Positions 1 through 8,355 of a stretch of DNA of 64,000 nt are shown in pieces; position 1 is the stretch's first letter, and every line of letters begins with the position of its first letter. The translations under genes and the position numbers were made by a program. The notes beneath the pieces are model-generated. The model worked only from the letters and a program-made list of their open reading frames with translations, was not told the DNA's origin and did no database searches. This stretch comes from Verrucomicrobiaceae bacterium (GTDB lineage: Bacteria > Verrucomicrobiota > Verrucomicrobiia > Verrucomicrobiales > Akkermansiaceae), in the NCBI GenBank assembly GCA_051252135.1, contig JBPOGH010000001.1, forward strand, positions 256,001-320,000, given 5' to 3'.

Positions 1-522
1 GAGATGTTCCCCGAGGTCTCTTAACAAGTTATTCACATGTTGTTCGCCTCGTCGATGGTGTTGGAAAAGAGCAATCGAGACGTTTCCGGGGCCGAAGATT
101 CGCTGGAGAGAGGTGGCGGCTTGGAAGAGATTTTTGCGAGTGAGGCACGGGAGGGATTCGGGGGTGAGGATGGCGTGGAGTCCGCAGTTGAAAAGTGAGT
201 CGGAGAGGGATTCTTCGGGAGCGCAGTGGTGGGTGGTGAGGAGTCGGGAGAGGGTTTGATAGCCGGGGCGATTGTGAACAAGCAAGGGTAACTGTGAATA
301 AGTCGGACCGCCGGTTGGGGTCCAATGGGTGAGGGTGGCGCCGACGATGGCGCGGATGCCGAGTTTTTTGGCGGTGTGATGGGCGCGGGCCGAGCCGTAG
401 AAGCCGAGGTGGTCGGGGATGGCGATGACCTTGTGTCCGAGTTCGGCGGCTCGGGTGACGAGGGCTTCGGGGGAGCTCGCTCCGTGGAGAAAGGAGAAGG
501 AGGATTTGGCGAGGAGTTCCAT
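1..522 (-). CDS. dnaE2: Error-prone DNA polymerase DnaE2/ImuC, N-terminal PHP domain (partial, runs off the window start)
   Basis: Not in the ORF track. Manual translation from ATG at 522 stays open to base 1: MELLAKSSFSFLHGASSPEALVTRAAELGHKVIAIPDHLGFYGSARAH...IRAIVGATL...LLVHNRPGYQTLSRLLT. This is the typical DnaE2 N-terminus, starting 3 nt after the imuB stop. Confidence 0.92.
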   Translation of the reverse strand, partial: MELLAKSSFSFLHGASSPEALVTRAAELGHKVIAIPDHLGFYGSARAHHTAKKLGIRAIVGATLTHWTPTGGPTYSQLPLLVHNRPGYQTLSRLLTTHHCAPEESLSDSLFNCGLHAILTPESLPCLTRKNLFQAATSLQRIFGPGNVSIALFQHHRRGEQHVNNLLRDLGEHL

Positions 523-525
523 TTT

Positions 526-2043
526 TTAACCATAGATTCCGGTGAGGTGCCAATCGTGGGGCGGGGTGAAGGTGAGCTGGAGGAGGAGGTTTTTGGGGAG
601 GGCGACATCCCACTCGCTGAGCTGCCAGGGAGATTCCCACCAAGAGCCGGAGAGGGGAAAGGGGCCACGGGATTCCTGGACGGTGCCTTGGTAGGGTCCA
701 TTGAGGAGGGCGAGGGGGTGGAGGTGGCGGCCTCGTTTTTCGGAGGCGACGTTGAGCGGGATGGGGGGGCGTTGGCGTTTGAGGGGGAGTCGGGAGCGGG
801 GGGCGATGGTTGGGGATTCGGGGAGTTTCTGGAGATCGGGGGTCAGGGGGTGGAGCGAAAAATGGTCGGGGCGGTGGCTGTCGCCGGGGAGTGGGATACC
901 GAGTTGGTCGGGGCCGATGAGGGTGTTGAGGCGTTTGAGGGTGTCGGCGAATTGGTGCGGGTCCTTGAGGCCGCGTTGGAAGAGTTGATGCTGGGCGTGG
1001 CGTGGGAGGGTGGGAGTGAGTTTGAGGTGGAATTCGGTGAGCGGGGCCGGGGCGGTGAAGCTATCGAGATGGGTGTGGAGGGAGCGGAGGAGGATGTCGG
1101 GATCGAGGGTGGGCTCGGATTGGGTGAGGCTGCGGGAGTGGGCGGCTCCGTTATCGAATGAGAGTGCGAGGTGGATGGTTTCGGCGGCGCGTTGGTGGCC
1201 GGCGAGGCGTTGGCAGAGGGTTTGGAAGAGGCGGCGGGCGATGAAGAGGACGGGATCGAGACCTTCGACGGGGGGCTCGAAGTGATGGGAGGCCTGGAAA
1301 TGTTGGCGGGGGCGATGGAGGCGGAGTTGGCGGTGGTGCTTGCCGGTGAGGATGTCGTGGAGGCGGGCGAGATCGGGGCCGAGGCGTTCGGCGAGACCTT
1401 GGCGCGGGAGGGCGGCGAGATCGTGGAGAGTTTTCAGCCCCCAGAGATTGAGGATTCCGGACTCGGGGAGCGGGAAGGCCTGGCAGTGGAGGAGTTCGTC
1501 GAGAGTGAGGATGGTGGGTGAAGGCGCTTCGGGCTGGAGGGTGATGTTTGAGCGGGGGGAGTAGGTGAGAGTGGATGAGGTTTGGGGAGAGAGGGAGGCG
1601 AGATGGGCGAGGTCCGGGGTGTCGGCGAGGGCGAGCTGGAGGGGGAGGCCGAGTTGGTCGTGGGCTTGTTCGAGGGAAAGGGCGAGCCAGTCTTCGCGGG
1701 AGGAAATGAGGAGGGTGGAGAGATCGAGGAGGAAGGTGTCGGGGCGGGTGCGCTCGTAGTCGGGAGTGAGGGAATCGATGAGGAGAAGAGCTTCGGCTTG
1801 GGCGGAGGACTCGGCGGCGGGGTCGGGCTCGTAGAGGGTGAGATCGGGACAGCGGGCGAGTCCGCGGATGGTGCTCATGCCGGGGGTGATGCCGGCGAGG
1901 AGAGCGGGTTGGTTGAGCTGGAGGAGGGATGATTTTTCGTGATTGGAGCCGGAAAGGAGGGCGGAGGGACGGGAGGGATCGACCTGAGCCCGGGCGAGGA
2001 GGCAGGTGAGCGGGAGGGCGGGGAGATGGAAGGCGGCGAACAT
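526..2043 (-). CDS. imuB: ImuB, Y-family polymerase-like accessory protein
   Basis: Y-family-like N-terminus (ALLAGITPGMS, WGLKTLHDLAALPRQGLAERLG), C-terminal GPFPLSGSWW...EWDV motif; lies between imuA and dnaE2. Confidence 0.88.
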   Translation of the reverse strand: MFAAFHLPALPLTCLLARAQVDPSRPSALLSGSNHEKSSLLQLNQPALLAGITPGMSTIRGLARCPDLTLYEPDPAAESSAQAEALLLIDSLTPDYERTRPDTFLLDLSTLLISSREDWLALSLEQAHDQLGLPLQLALADTPDLAHLASLSPQTSSTLTYSPRSNITLQPEAPSPTILTLDELLHCQAFPLPESGILNLWGLKTLHDLAALPRQGLAERLGPDLARLHDILTGKHHRQLRLHRPRQHFQASHHFEPPVEGLDPVLFIARRLFQTLCQRLAGHQRAAETIHLALSFDNGAAHSRSLTQSEPTLDPDILLRSLHTHLDSFTAPAPLTEFHLKLTPTLPRHAQHQLFQRGLKDPHQFADTLKRLNTLIGPDQLGIPLPGDSHRPDHFSLHPLTPDLQKLPESPTIAPRSRLPLKRQRPPIPLNVASEKRGRHLHPLALLNGPYQGTVQESRGPFPLSGSWWESPWQLSEWDVALPKNLLLQLTFTPPHDWHLTGIYG

Positions 2044-2046
2044 CGG

Positions 2047-2655
2047 TCAGGAAAGATGGTGCTGCCGGAGGTCGGTGGCTTGGGTTTGAAGCTGGGGTTT
2101 TTGGAGTTCGAGGTGGTTGAGGGAGAAGCGGGAATCGAGAGTGACGCGGCCGTGGGGTGAGGGGAGGCAGGGTCGTGGCGTGAGGGCGAGGAGGGTGGAG
2201 CCGGAATCGCGGGCTTCGGTGCGGAAGCGGTGCCAGATGGCGTTGGGGATACGTTTGAGTTCGCGCTCGGAAGTGAGATGGAGGTCGAGGAGGACAAGGG
2301 GGAGGTTGCCATCGCGGAGGAGGAGGTCGGCGGATTGGATGGCTTGCATCGTTTCGCGGCATCGGATCCAGAAGAGACGTCGGCATTTTGTGGATCCGTA
2401 GGAGGCGGGATCGAAGGAATCGCGGCCATCGATGAGGGCGAGCGGGAGGTCGTGTTCCTCATCGAGGAGACGGGAGAGGAGGAGGGAGATGCCCGAGCCG
2501 GGATGGGACGAGACGAACTCGTGGAGAGTGCCGGGGGCGAAGGTGAGCGCGGCGGGATCGAAGGGGGATTCTTCGGAGGCGGGCAAGGTCCGGTGGGCGG
2601 CAGGGAATTGTTCCTGCAGCTGTTGGCGGAGCTTGTTGATTTGGGCGGCGCTCAA
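2047..2655 (-). CDS. imuA: ImuA, RecA-like mutagenesis accessory protein (TTG start)
   Basis: GTLHEFVSSHPGSG, ALIDGRDSFDP, ADLLLRDGNLPLVLLD degenerate RecA-fold motifs; first gene of the cassette. Confidence 0.85.
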   Translation of the reverse strand: MSAAQINKLRQQLQEQFPAAHRTLPASEESPFDPAALTFAPGTLHEFVSSHPGSGISLLLSRLLDEEHDLPLALIDGRDSFDPASYGSTKCRRLFWIRCRETMQAIQSADLLLRDGNLPLVLLDLHLTSERELKRIPNAIWHRFRTEARDSGSTLLALTPRPCLPSPHGRVTLDSRFSLNHLELQKPQLQTQATDLRQHHLS

Positions 2656-2659
2656 AACA

Positions 2660-2673
2660 TGTTCATTAGAACA
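2660..2673. promoter_or_regulatory. LexA (SOS) box, Verrucomicrobia type TGTTC-N4-GAACA
   Basis: TGTTC-ATTA-GAACA with perfect arms (extendable to ATGTTC...GAACAT), 4 nt upstream of the imuA start and overlapping the predicted -10. Confidence 0.9.
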
Positions 2674-2692
2674 TTCTTCAAGCAGGTGTCAA
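2665..2692 (-). promoter_or_regulatory. sigma70-like promoter of imuA-imuB-dnaE2
   Basis: Minus strand: TTGACA (2692-2687), 16-nt spacer, TCTAAT (2670-2665). Confidence 0.7.
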
Positions 2693-2704
2693 GGAAGGTG
2701 CAGG

Positions 2705-4450
2705 CTACGGGGCTTCTTCGATGAGGAAGAAGCCTTTTGGCGTTGTTGTATCGACGCTGAAGGCGGCCCTTCCACTGGAGTCCAGAGTGATGGTGGCGGG
2801 CGAAGTGGGAGTGATCGTGAAGCTGGAGAGATCGGAAGAGCTTTTGCAGCGGTAACTGGTGTTTGGGGCTCCAGTGATCCCGATAGTTGTGGTTGTACTG
2901 TCGAAGGAAAGAGAGTTGATCTTGGGGGTGGTATCGCGAGGGGTGACGGTGAGGCCATTCCAGATTGCGCCGTTCCCCCCGTAGGAAGAGAGGTGTTCCG
3001 GCCAAACGCGGGCCTCTGATAGGGCGGTGGAATCAAAGGCATTTGACCCAACAGTGGGTGGTTCCGCATCAAAGAGGATCACAGAAAGATTGGAGCAACC
3101 GAAGAAGGCGGTGTTCCCGATGGAGGTGACATTGCCGGGGATGGAGAGGGTGGTGAGGTCCGTGCAGTCCCGGAAGGCGTCATCCGCGATGGAGGTGACT
3201 GGTTTGCCATCAATGGTTGTGGGGATGTAGAGAGGGCCTGTTGCGGAGGTCTCACAGGTCGTGATGGTCACTTCATCATTGGTGATTGCCCAAGTCAGAT
3301 GGCGGAGAGCAATGTCACGGGTGGTTATGGTCAGGCCATTCCAGGTGGCGCCGTTTCCCCCGTAGGAAGAGAGGTGTTCCGACCAGACATGGGCGTCTGA
3401 TAGAGCGGTGTTCTTAAAGGCATTAGAACCAACAGTAGGGGCTCCTCCATCAAAGAGAATCTCAGAAAGATTACGGCAGAAGTAGAAGGTGTGTTCCCCA
3501 ATGGAGGTGACGCTGCCAGGAATGGTGATGCTAGTGAGGCCTGTGCATCCAAGGAATGTTTGATCTTCAATAGCGGTAATGCTGTCAGGGATGGTGACGC
3601 TGGTAAGGCCCGTGCAATCGGAGAAGGCACCCAACCTAATGGAGGTGACGCTGTCAGGAATGGTGATGCTGGTGAGGCCTGAGCATCTAAGGAAGGCGGC
3701 CCCCCCAATGGAGGTGACACTGTCAGGAATGGTGACGCTGGTTAGCCTGAGGCAGTAAGCAAAGGTGCGGTGTTCAATAGTCGTAACCCCGTTGGGAATG
3801 ATGATGCTGCCAGGGAGGTCCCAGCAGTAGAGGAAGGCCTCCACGCCAATGGTCGTGACCCCATCAGGGATGGTGAGGCTGCTGAGGCTTGTGCAGTAGG
3901 CGAAGGCATTTCCTCCAATGGAGATGAGGCTATTGGGCATGGTGACGCTGGTGAGTCCCGTGCAGTTATAGAAGGCGTAGCTACCAATGGAGGTGACGCT
4001 GTCAGGGATAGTGATGCTGGTGAGGCCACTGCAGCCATAGAAGCTGGTGGATTCAATGGAGGTGACGCTATCAGGGATGGTGACGCTGGTGAGGCCGCTG
4101 CAGCCATGGAAGGCTGCAAATCCGCCACCTGCGAGGGAGGTGAAGCCCTCAGGGATGGTGATGCTGGTGAGGCCCTTGCAATTCCTGAAGGCATAATTAC
4201 CGAATGAGGTGACACTGTTGGGAATGGTAATGCCAGTCAGGTCCAAGCAGTCCCGGAAGGCCTCATCACCGATGGAGGTGACCGGTTTCCCGGCGATGGT
4301 GGCGGGGATGTTGAGGAGACCTGTTGCGTCCTCCTTGCAGTCAGTGATGGAGACGATTTCGCCATTGATGGTCGTCCAAGTGAGGTCGCTGAGATCGGCA
4401 GCGTGGAGGGTGTTGGCGAGGAGGACGGTGAGGATGAGGAAGAGCTTCAT
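2705..4450 (-). CDS. Secreted BspA-type (TpLRR/LRR_5) leucine-rich repeat protein with two LRR modules and a short C-terminal beta domain
   Basis: Signal peptide MKLFLILTVLLANTLHA; many mostly 23-aa units LTS(I/V)TIPDSVTSIGxxAFxxCxG; duplicated N- and C-caps. Confidence 0.92.
   Translation of the reverse strand: MKLFLILTVLLANTLHAADLSDLTWTTINGEIVSITDCKEDATGLLNIPATIAGKPVTSIGDEAFRDCLDLTGITIPNSVTSFGNYAFRNCKGLTSITIPEGFTSLAGGGFAAFHGCSGLTSVTIPDSVTSIESTSFYGCSGLTSITIPDSVTSIGSYAFYNCTGLTSVTMPNSLISIGGNAFAYCTSLSSLTIPDGVTTIGVEAFLYCWDLPGSIIIPNGVTTIEHRTFAYCLRLTSVTIPDSVTSIGGAAFLRCSGLTSITIPDSVTSIRLGAFSDCTGLTSVTIPDSITAIEDQTFLGCTGLTSITIPGSVTSIGEHTFYFCRNLSEILFDGGAPTVGSNAFKNTALSDAHVWSEHLSSYGGNGATWNGLTITTRDIALRHLTWAITNDEVTITTCETSATGPLYIPTTIDGKPVTSIADDAFRDCTDLTTLSIPGNVTSIGNTAFFGCSNLSVILFDAEPPTVGSNAFDSTALSEARVWPEHLSSYGGNGAIWNGLTVTPRDTTPKINSLSFDSTTTTIGITGAPNTSYRCKSSSDLSSFTITPTSPATITLDSSGRAAFSVDTTTPKGFFLIEEAP
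3470..4290 (-). repeat. Intragenic ~69-bp tandem repeats encoding the LRR units
   Basis: Recurrent + strand framework ATGGAGGTGAC(G/A)CTGTCAGG(G/A)ATGGTGA(C/T)GCTGGTGAGGCC, about 12 units. Boundaries are approximate. Confidence 0.9.
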
Positions 4451-4643
4451 GATCTCGGGTGGATGTTGTCGCGAGAGATATCAAAGATGAGGTTCTCTTT
4501 ATATCCCAGAGATTTATCAATACGATCATTTTTTAAAGGAGTTTCGTTGGTTTTAGGACACGACGCCTGAGTTTTTCAGTGCTTCGGTCGCGCGTGGGCG
4601 TTGGGATCCCGGGGGAGCTGGAGGCGCGCGAGTGATCGACGCC

Positions 4644-4704
4644 GGACCTTTCGGAGAAAGGGTCCCTGCTTTTGGGGAGGCCGACGGTCATCGACCGCCG
4701 CTAC
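4644..4704 (-). repeat. Two tandem REP-like hairpins (GTAG family)
   Basis: Minus strand: GTAG-CGGCGGTC-GAT-GACCGTCG (4704-4682) and GCAG-GGACCcTTTC-TCC-GAAAGGTCC (4669-4644), each a tetranucleotide plus a GC-rich hairpin. Confidence 0.55.
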
Positions 4705-4721
4705 AAAAAATAGAAGTACCG

Positions 4722-6683
4722 CTAGAAGGAGCGGAGGTGGGGGCGGAAGAGGGGGGCGAGGGCGCGGACTCCTTCTTTGGAGAGGTGGTTCTCGTCGAAG
4801 TAGAAGATGCGGCCGTCTTGTTGGACTCTGGTATGCTCGCCGACGGTCAAGATGGGGAGCGGGTCGAGGATGATGACGCCGGGTTGGGCGAGGGAGTCGA
4901 TGATGGCGTTGACGTCCTTTTGGTGTTCAAGGTGTTCGGCGATGGTGACGCCGGCTTCATCGGGATTGTAGCCGAAGCGGTGGGCCATCCAGAGGGCGGC
5001 CGGGGGGCTGCGGAACTGAAGGGGGGCTTGCTTCATGATGACGACCTCGATGCCGCGATCGCGGAGGGTTTTTACGGTCTTAGTGAGGGAGTCGCGAAAG
5101 ACATCGGGACCGGGGCGACCGTAGGTGTCGCGGTCGCTGAGCGGGGCTTGGCGGGAGTCGGTGCCGCGCTTGTAGTAGAAAGTCCAGCGGCCGATGAGGA
5201 AGGCTTTTTTGATGCCATGGGTCTCGATGGCGGCGAGGACCATGTCGTTGTGCGGGGCGAGTGAGTCGTCATCGGGGAGGCAGTTGACATCGAGGAGGGG
5301 CGGGGTGCTGGAGCGGCAGGCGTAGTAGCCATTGATGCCCTCGGACTCCGCGATTTCCTGGAACATGCTGATCATGCCGCGGGCGTGGCTGTCACCCCAG
5401 ACGAGGAAGGGGAGCGGTTTTTGGTCGGAGGCGGGAAGGAGGATGGGGAAGTCGGTGAAGGCTTCGTCGATGTCCTTGGCGAGCGAGATTTCCATGGAGG
5501 CTTCGGCGAAGCGGGCGTTGTCGCCCTGGAAGCGTGCGGGGATGCCATCGGCTTTGTAGAGACCGGTGAAGAGAAGGGCGAGGACGAGAGTGGACCAACC
5601 GAAGAAGCGGAAGAGCTGGGGTTGTTGGGCGCCCCAGCGTTTTTTGCGGAAGGGGGTTTCGATGAAGAGCCAGGAGAGGATGGCGAGGATGAAGGAGGCG
5701 ATGACGATGCCCCAGCGGACCTCGAGGCTCATTTCATGGATGGAGAGGTGGCGTCCGTAAACGAGGAGGGGCCAGTGCCAGAGGTAGAGGGAGAAGGAGA
5801 TTTTCCCGATGAAGACGATGGGGGAGAGCGAGAGGAGGCGGCCGATGGCGGTGGGTCCGGTCTCGTGCGCGTAGATGAGAAGAGCGGCACCGAGGCAGGG
5901 GGGGATGGCGGCGAGTCCGGGGAAGGGAGTGGCGAGACTGTAAGTCGCGATGGAGTAGATGATGAGAGCCAGGCCGATGAAGGCGGCGGCGGTGCGGGAG
6001 GTGACAGAGCCGAGCTTGGGAAGCGGGAGGATGGCGAGGAGGGAGCCGATGAGGAGCTCCCAGGCTCGGGCGGGAAGGAGGTAGAAGGTTGCCTTTTTAA
6101 AATGCTCCACGCCGTAGAAGCTCCAGACGAGGGAGACGATGAAGATGGTCCAAAGGACGAGGCGGGTGGTGCGTTCCCCGCGTTTGACGAGAGCAATGAG
6201 GAGGAAGGGGAAGAGGAAGTAGAATTGCTCCTCGACCGCGAGCGACCACATGTGAAGGAGGGGCTCGAGATCGGAGGGCCCGGCGAAGTAGCCGTCCTGT
6301 TGCCAGAAGTAGAAATTGGCCACCATGGTGACCTGGGCGATGGCGGCCTTGCCGATGGCAGCGTAGGCCTCGGGCAGGAGAATCCAGGCCCCGGCGATGA
6401 CGGTGACGATAGTGACGAAGACGGCGGGCGGGAAGATGCGGCGGACGCGGCGTTCCCAAAAATTCCTGAGGGTGAATTCGCCCTTGATCATCTCGCGGAT
6501 GATGAGGCTGGTGATGAGGTAGCCGGAGATGACGAAGAAGATATCGACGCCCACGTAGCCACCGGGGAAGCCGAGTCCGGCGTGGAAGAAGAGGACGGGA
6601 ATGACGGCGAGCGCTCTCAGGCCATCGATATCGGGCCGATACTGGAAGCGGTTCCGGAGATGGGCGAAGTCGTCGGGATTCAT
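4722..6683 (-). CDS. O-acetyltransferase: acyltransferase-3 membrane domain fused to an SGNH domain (OafA/OatA-like)
   Basis: YRPDIDGLRALAV, GGYVGVDIFFVISGYLI, HMWSLAVEEQFY, then GDSHA and DENHLS (DxxH). Confidence 0.92.
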   Translation of the reverse strand: MNPDDFAHLRNRFQYRPDIDGLRALAVIPVLFFHAGLGFPGGYVGVDIFFVISGYLITSLIIREMIKGEFTLRNFWERRVRRIFPPAVFVTIVTVIAGAWILLPEAYAAIGKAAIAQVTMVANFYFWQQDGYFAGPSDLEPLLHMWSLAVEEQFYFLFPFLLIALVKRGERTTRLVLWTIFIVSLVWSFYGVEHFKKATFYLLPARAWELLIGSLLAILPLPKLGSVTSRTAAAFIGLALIIYSIATYSLATPFPGLAAIPPCLGAALLIYAHETGPTAIGRLLSLSPIVFIGKISFSLYLWHWPLLVYGRHLSIHEMSLEVRWGIVIASFILAILSWLFIETPFRKKRWGAQQPQLFRFFGWSTLVLALLFTGLYKADGIPARFQGDNARFAEASMEISLAKDIDEAFTDFPILLPASDQKPLPFLVWGDSHARGMISMFQEIAESEGINGYYACRSSTPPLLDVNCLPDDDSLAPHNDMVLAAIETHGIKKAFLIGRWTFYYKRGTDSRQAPLSDRDTYGRPGPDVFRDSLTKTVKTLRDRGIEVVIMKQAPLQFRSPPAALWMAHRFGYNPDEAGVTIAEHLEHQKDVNAIIDSLAQPGVIILDPLPILTVGEHTRVQQDGRIFYFDENHLSKEGVRALAPLFRPHLRSF

Positions 6684-6684
6684 C

Positions 6685-7905
6685 TTATCTGCTCAGCGTG
6701 ATGACGCACTCGAGGTGGCGGGTCTGCGGGAAGAGATCGAAGGGCTGGATGCGGTCGATTTGATATCCTTTTTCGAGGAAACTTTTGAGATCCCGCATCT
6801 GAGTGGAAGGATTGCAGGAGATATAAACGACCTTGCTGGGGCCGTAGTGGAAGAGTTGCTTGAGGAAGTCCTCGCTGCAGCCTTTTCGTGGCGGGTCGAT
6901 GATGACGGAGGTCTCCTTGGCCTTGAAGGGAATGCCGGAGAAAAGTTGCTCGGCGGAGGCGGCGATGAACTCGGCGTTTTCGATGCCATTGGTCCTGGCA
7001 TTGCGGCGGGCCCAGTCGGCCGAGGTTTCCGAGACTTCGATGCCGACGACCTTTTCAAAATCCTTCGCGAGAGTGAGGGCGAAGAGTCCGGAGCCACAGT
7101 AGGCATCGAGGAGGAAGCGTTGACCCGGGCCGCTGGCTTGTTCGGCGGCGTAGGAAGTGAAGGTCTCGAGAATGAAGGGGTTGTTCTGGAAGAAGTCGCC
7201 CGCGAGGAAATTGAAAGTGAGATCACCGACCTTTTCCGAGACGGGGTTGCGGTGATTGGTTTCGACCTTGCCGTTGGTGGCGCGCATGAGGAGAGTGGAG
7301 CCCTTTTTGTAGGAACTGGCGTTATCGCGGACCTCCTTGCGAGCGCGGGGGAGGTCGGCATTGATCTCATCCATGGCGATGAGGCAGCGGGTGACATCGA
7401 CAATGATGGAGCGTCGGTTGTGCTGGAGGAAGCCGATGGGATTGGGCTTGTTTGGGTGGGGTTTTTGGAAGTGGGGGGTGATTTTTGAGCGGTAGCCCCA
7501 CTCTTTCGGGGAGGGAATGGTGGGCTCAACGGGGGCCTCGATGCCGACCATGTGGGTGAGGAGTTCGGCAACCTGGCGGGTTTTCCACTCGAGTTGTTTA
7601 TCGTAGGAAAGATGCTGGTATTGGCAGCCTCCGCAATTGGCAAAGAGGGCGCATTGCGGCACGACGCGGTCGGGTGAGGGCTCGACGACTTCGACGAGGT
7701 CGGCGTGTGAGCAGTTGGAATCATTACGCCAGACGCGGGCGCGGACTTTTTCGCCGGGGAGGGTGAAGGGGACGAAGACGACCCATTCACCGGGCTTGGC
7801 GATGCCTGCTCCGAGATTTGAGAGAGAGACGATCTCCAGATCCACGATTTCGTGAAACTGGTAGGGTTCGGGCTTAAAGTTCTTCGGCGGAGAGATTGCG
7901 GACAT
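6685..7905 (-). CDS. rlmD: TRAM-domain RNA m5U methyltransferase (RlmD/TrmA family)
   Basis: CALFANCGGCQYQH Fe-S motif, DFFQNN, DAYCGSG, DPPRKG, YISCNP, DLFPQTRHLE. The exact RNA target cannot be read from sequence. Confidence 0.8.
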   Translation of the reverse strand: MSAISPPKNFKPEPYQFHEIVDLEIVSLSNLGAGIAKPGEWVVFVPFTLPGEKVRARVWRNDSNCSHADLVEVVEPSPDRVVPQCALFANCGGCQYQHLSYDKQLEWKTRQVAELLTHMVGIEAPVEPTIPSPKEWGYRSKITPHFQKPHPNKPNPIGFLQHNRRSIIVDVTRCLIAMDEINADLPRARKEVRDNASSYKKGSTLLMRATNGKVETNHRNPVSEKVGDLTFNFLAGDFFQNNPFILETFTSYAAEQASGPGQRFLLDAYCGSGLFALTLAKDFEKVVGIEVSETSADWARRNARTNGIENAEFIAASAEQLFSGIPFKAKETSVIIDPPRKGCSEDFLKQLFHYGPSKVVYISCNPSTQMRDLKSFLEKGYQIDRIQPFDLFPQTRHLECVITLSR

Positions 7906-7910
7906 TGAGG

Positions 7911-8237
7911 CTAGTTGGACGCTGGCTCGGGGAGAGTGGCTTCGGGAAGAGGCGGAGGGACGTTGATCACGGAGTCTTCGGCATCCTGATCGGATTGCGT
8001 TCTCTTGGGAGTGCTGACAACGGTCTTCGTTTCCTCGGCAGTGATGAGCTTTTGAGTGGTGTTGGGATCAGCGAAATCGAGTGGCTCAATGACCGGTCCG
8101 GTGGGTTCGGGGAGCGATGGCTCGGGAGCGGCGGTGACCGGGGCGGGCTTGGGTTCCTCGACAGGCGTTTCCTTTTTTGCGCAAGAAACGAGAGAGAGAG
8201 AGCCCAGGAGAGCGAAAATGGATGGCAGATGTGACAT
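7911..8237 (-). CDS. Small Pro/Glu-rich lipoprotein, hypothetical
   Basis: From ATG 8237: MSHLPSIFALLGSLSLVSC lipobox-like signal then a low-complexity tail; TTGTCA-17-CATTCT promoter-like element upstream. Confidence 0.7.
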   Translation of the reverse strand: MSHLPSIFALLGSLSLVSCAKKETPVEEPKPAPVTAAPEPSLPEPTGPVIEPLDFADPNTTQKLITAEETKTVVSTPKRTQSDQDAEDSVINVPPPLPEATLPEPASN

Positions 8238-8355
8238 GCGACGTGGCGGGAGAATGAACAGGAGGGAGAAGTCTGACAATGAGGAACTGGAGGGCCTTTG
8301 CAGGTGATTTGTGCTCTCGCTTCTCCCTTTTTCGTTTCGTAAAAGAATCGTATCC

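Noticed and set aside
29..2462. Long Pro/Ser/Arg-rich or Gly/Glu-rich ORFs (e.g. 33-701, 325-1161, 1151-2386)
   Set aside because: Alternate-frame or antisense shadows of dnaE2/imuB/imuA caused by skewed codon use. The same applies to 5385-6701, 20496-21536, 25430-26530 and 44963-46009.
2943..3410. Duplicated segment as a DGR template/variable repeat pair
   Set aside because: Both copies are coding caps of one protein, differences are not restricted to adenines, and there is no reverse transcriptase in the window.
3470..4290. ~69-bp periodic repeats resembling a CRISPR array
   Set aside because: They are in-frame LRR units with synonymous variation; no unique spacers and no cas genes.
4477..4505. 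Imperfect inverted repeat GATATcAAAGA...TCTTTATATC upstream of the LRR gene
   Set aside because: Imperfect, in AT-rich DNA, with no candidate regulator; too weak to call.
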